Shown here: positions 63,595-64,000 of the stretch, piece after piece
Layout of the letters: every line of letters begins with the position of its first letter
Position numbering within the stretch: position 1 is the stretch's first letter
Source of the DNA: Dehalococcoidia bacterium
GTDB lineage: Bacteria > Chloroflexota > Dehalococcoidia > Lucifugimonadales > JAGWBF01
NCBI GenBank assembly: GCA_965116325.1
Contig: OZ220675.1
Location: 513,457 to 577,456, forward strand
Reading direction: 5' to 3'
Length of the DNA: 64,000 bases
Translations under genes and position numbers: made by a program
Notes under the pieces: generated by a model
What the model was told of the DNA's origin: nothing
Databases searched by the model: none
Seen by the model: the letters and a program-made list of their open reading frames with translations, nothing else

Positions 63595-64000
63595 TTAGAC
63601 CTCTTCTGCAGGAGGCTCTTGGGGAGGCTGTTGCTCCGGGGTCTGACCTGTGTAGGATTGAACGGCTGCCTTGAACTTGTCCTGGAAGTCGCCCAAGGCT
63701 TTGGGCTGGATGATGACTCTCCTGCCGCTACGCAGCCTGATCCACAAACGGTTGCCGAAGTTGAACTGCGGCACCTCGATTTCATCGATCTCGTTGAACA
63801 AGACGTGCCTTAACCGGGGCCTGCCGTAAAAAACAACCAAGCGGTCTTCATACAGGCTGTACGACAATGGAGTCGTAAGCCAAGCGTATGCCGTCGCAGC
63901 AATGCCTATGACAACAAAATCTCCGGGGACGAAGAGACCGGCCTGCACAACCACGCCCATGACCACGAAGGCGATGCCCATGATGAGGGTTATGTTGATG
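63595..64000 (-). CDS. paralogous PH-like domain membrane protein (5' end probably beyond the window)
   Basis: It has the same architecture, with SYSLYEDRLVVFYGRPRLRHVLFNEIDEI...GNRLWIRLRSGRRVIIQP. The frame stays open upstream of ATG 63981 to the window edge. Confidence 0.6.
   Translation of the reverse strand, partial: INITLIMGIAFVVMGVVVQAGLFVPGDFVVIGIAATAYAWLTTPLSYSLYEDRLVVFYGRPRLRHVLFNEIDEIEVPQFNFGNRLWIRLRSGRRVIIQPKALGDFQDKFKAAVQSYTGQTPEQQPPQEPPAEEV

Overview
GC-rich (by eye roughly 60% G+C), very gene-dense bacterial chromosomal segment with about 65 protein-coding genes. I recognised no rRNA, tRNA, CRISPR array, transposase or integrase. The style suggests a high-GC monoderm lineage such as Chloroflexota or Actinomycetota (low confidence): many lipoproteins with Pro/Thr-rich linkers, a split-barrel PPOX protein, a DUF3090/SCO1664 pair, a caa3 oxidase, and several apparently leaderless starts. 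Gene blocks in order: (1) small-molecule metabolism at 0.3-6 kb (aminotransferase, YqeK, HIT, RidA, two acyl-CoA dehydrogenases, VOC); (2) rsmG, DUF488, a lamin-tail-domain lipoprotein and an internally duplicated unknown protein; (3) hydrolase, amidase, thioesterase and an orphan AAA/STAND-like ATPase; (4) IscA-YgfZ, then a HadAB-like hotdog pair with plsX and fabG; (5) an NCS2 permease with an extra C-terminal domain; (6) one 9.3-kb gene for a 3,099-aa modular surface protein; (7) zur-znuACB; (8) a periodic-repeat protein next to trehalose synthase TreT; (9) a complete caa3 cytochrome oxidase cluster (ctaA, ctaB, ctaCDE, a subunit IV-dihaem cytochrome c fusion, ctaG, Sco); (10) thrS-infC-rpmI-rplT; (11) YceI, HNH nuclease and redox proteins; (12) a metalloprotease, pth and ligA; (13) DUF3090/SCO1664 and tandem PH-domain membrane proteins. 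The most interesting observations are these. An ORF absent from the track (56088-56300) encodes a glutaredoxin-like protein whose frame is broken by TGA exactly at the catalytic-Cys position, so it is a candidate selenoprotein or else a pseudogene; it sits next to a single-Cys thioredoxin-fold protein. The giant adhesin-like gene carries a 1.15-kb internal duplication. infC appears to start at a non-canonical ATC. Oxidase subunit IV is fused to two cytochrome c domains. A 15-nt motif occurs three times in the zur/znuA control regions. A periodic EVGGD-repeat protein is linked to treT. All functional calls rest on motif recognition by eye, with no database search run.
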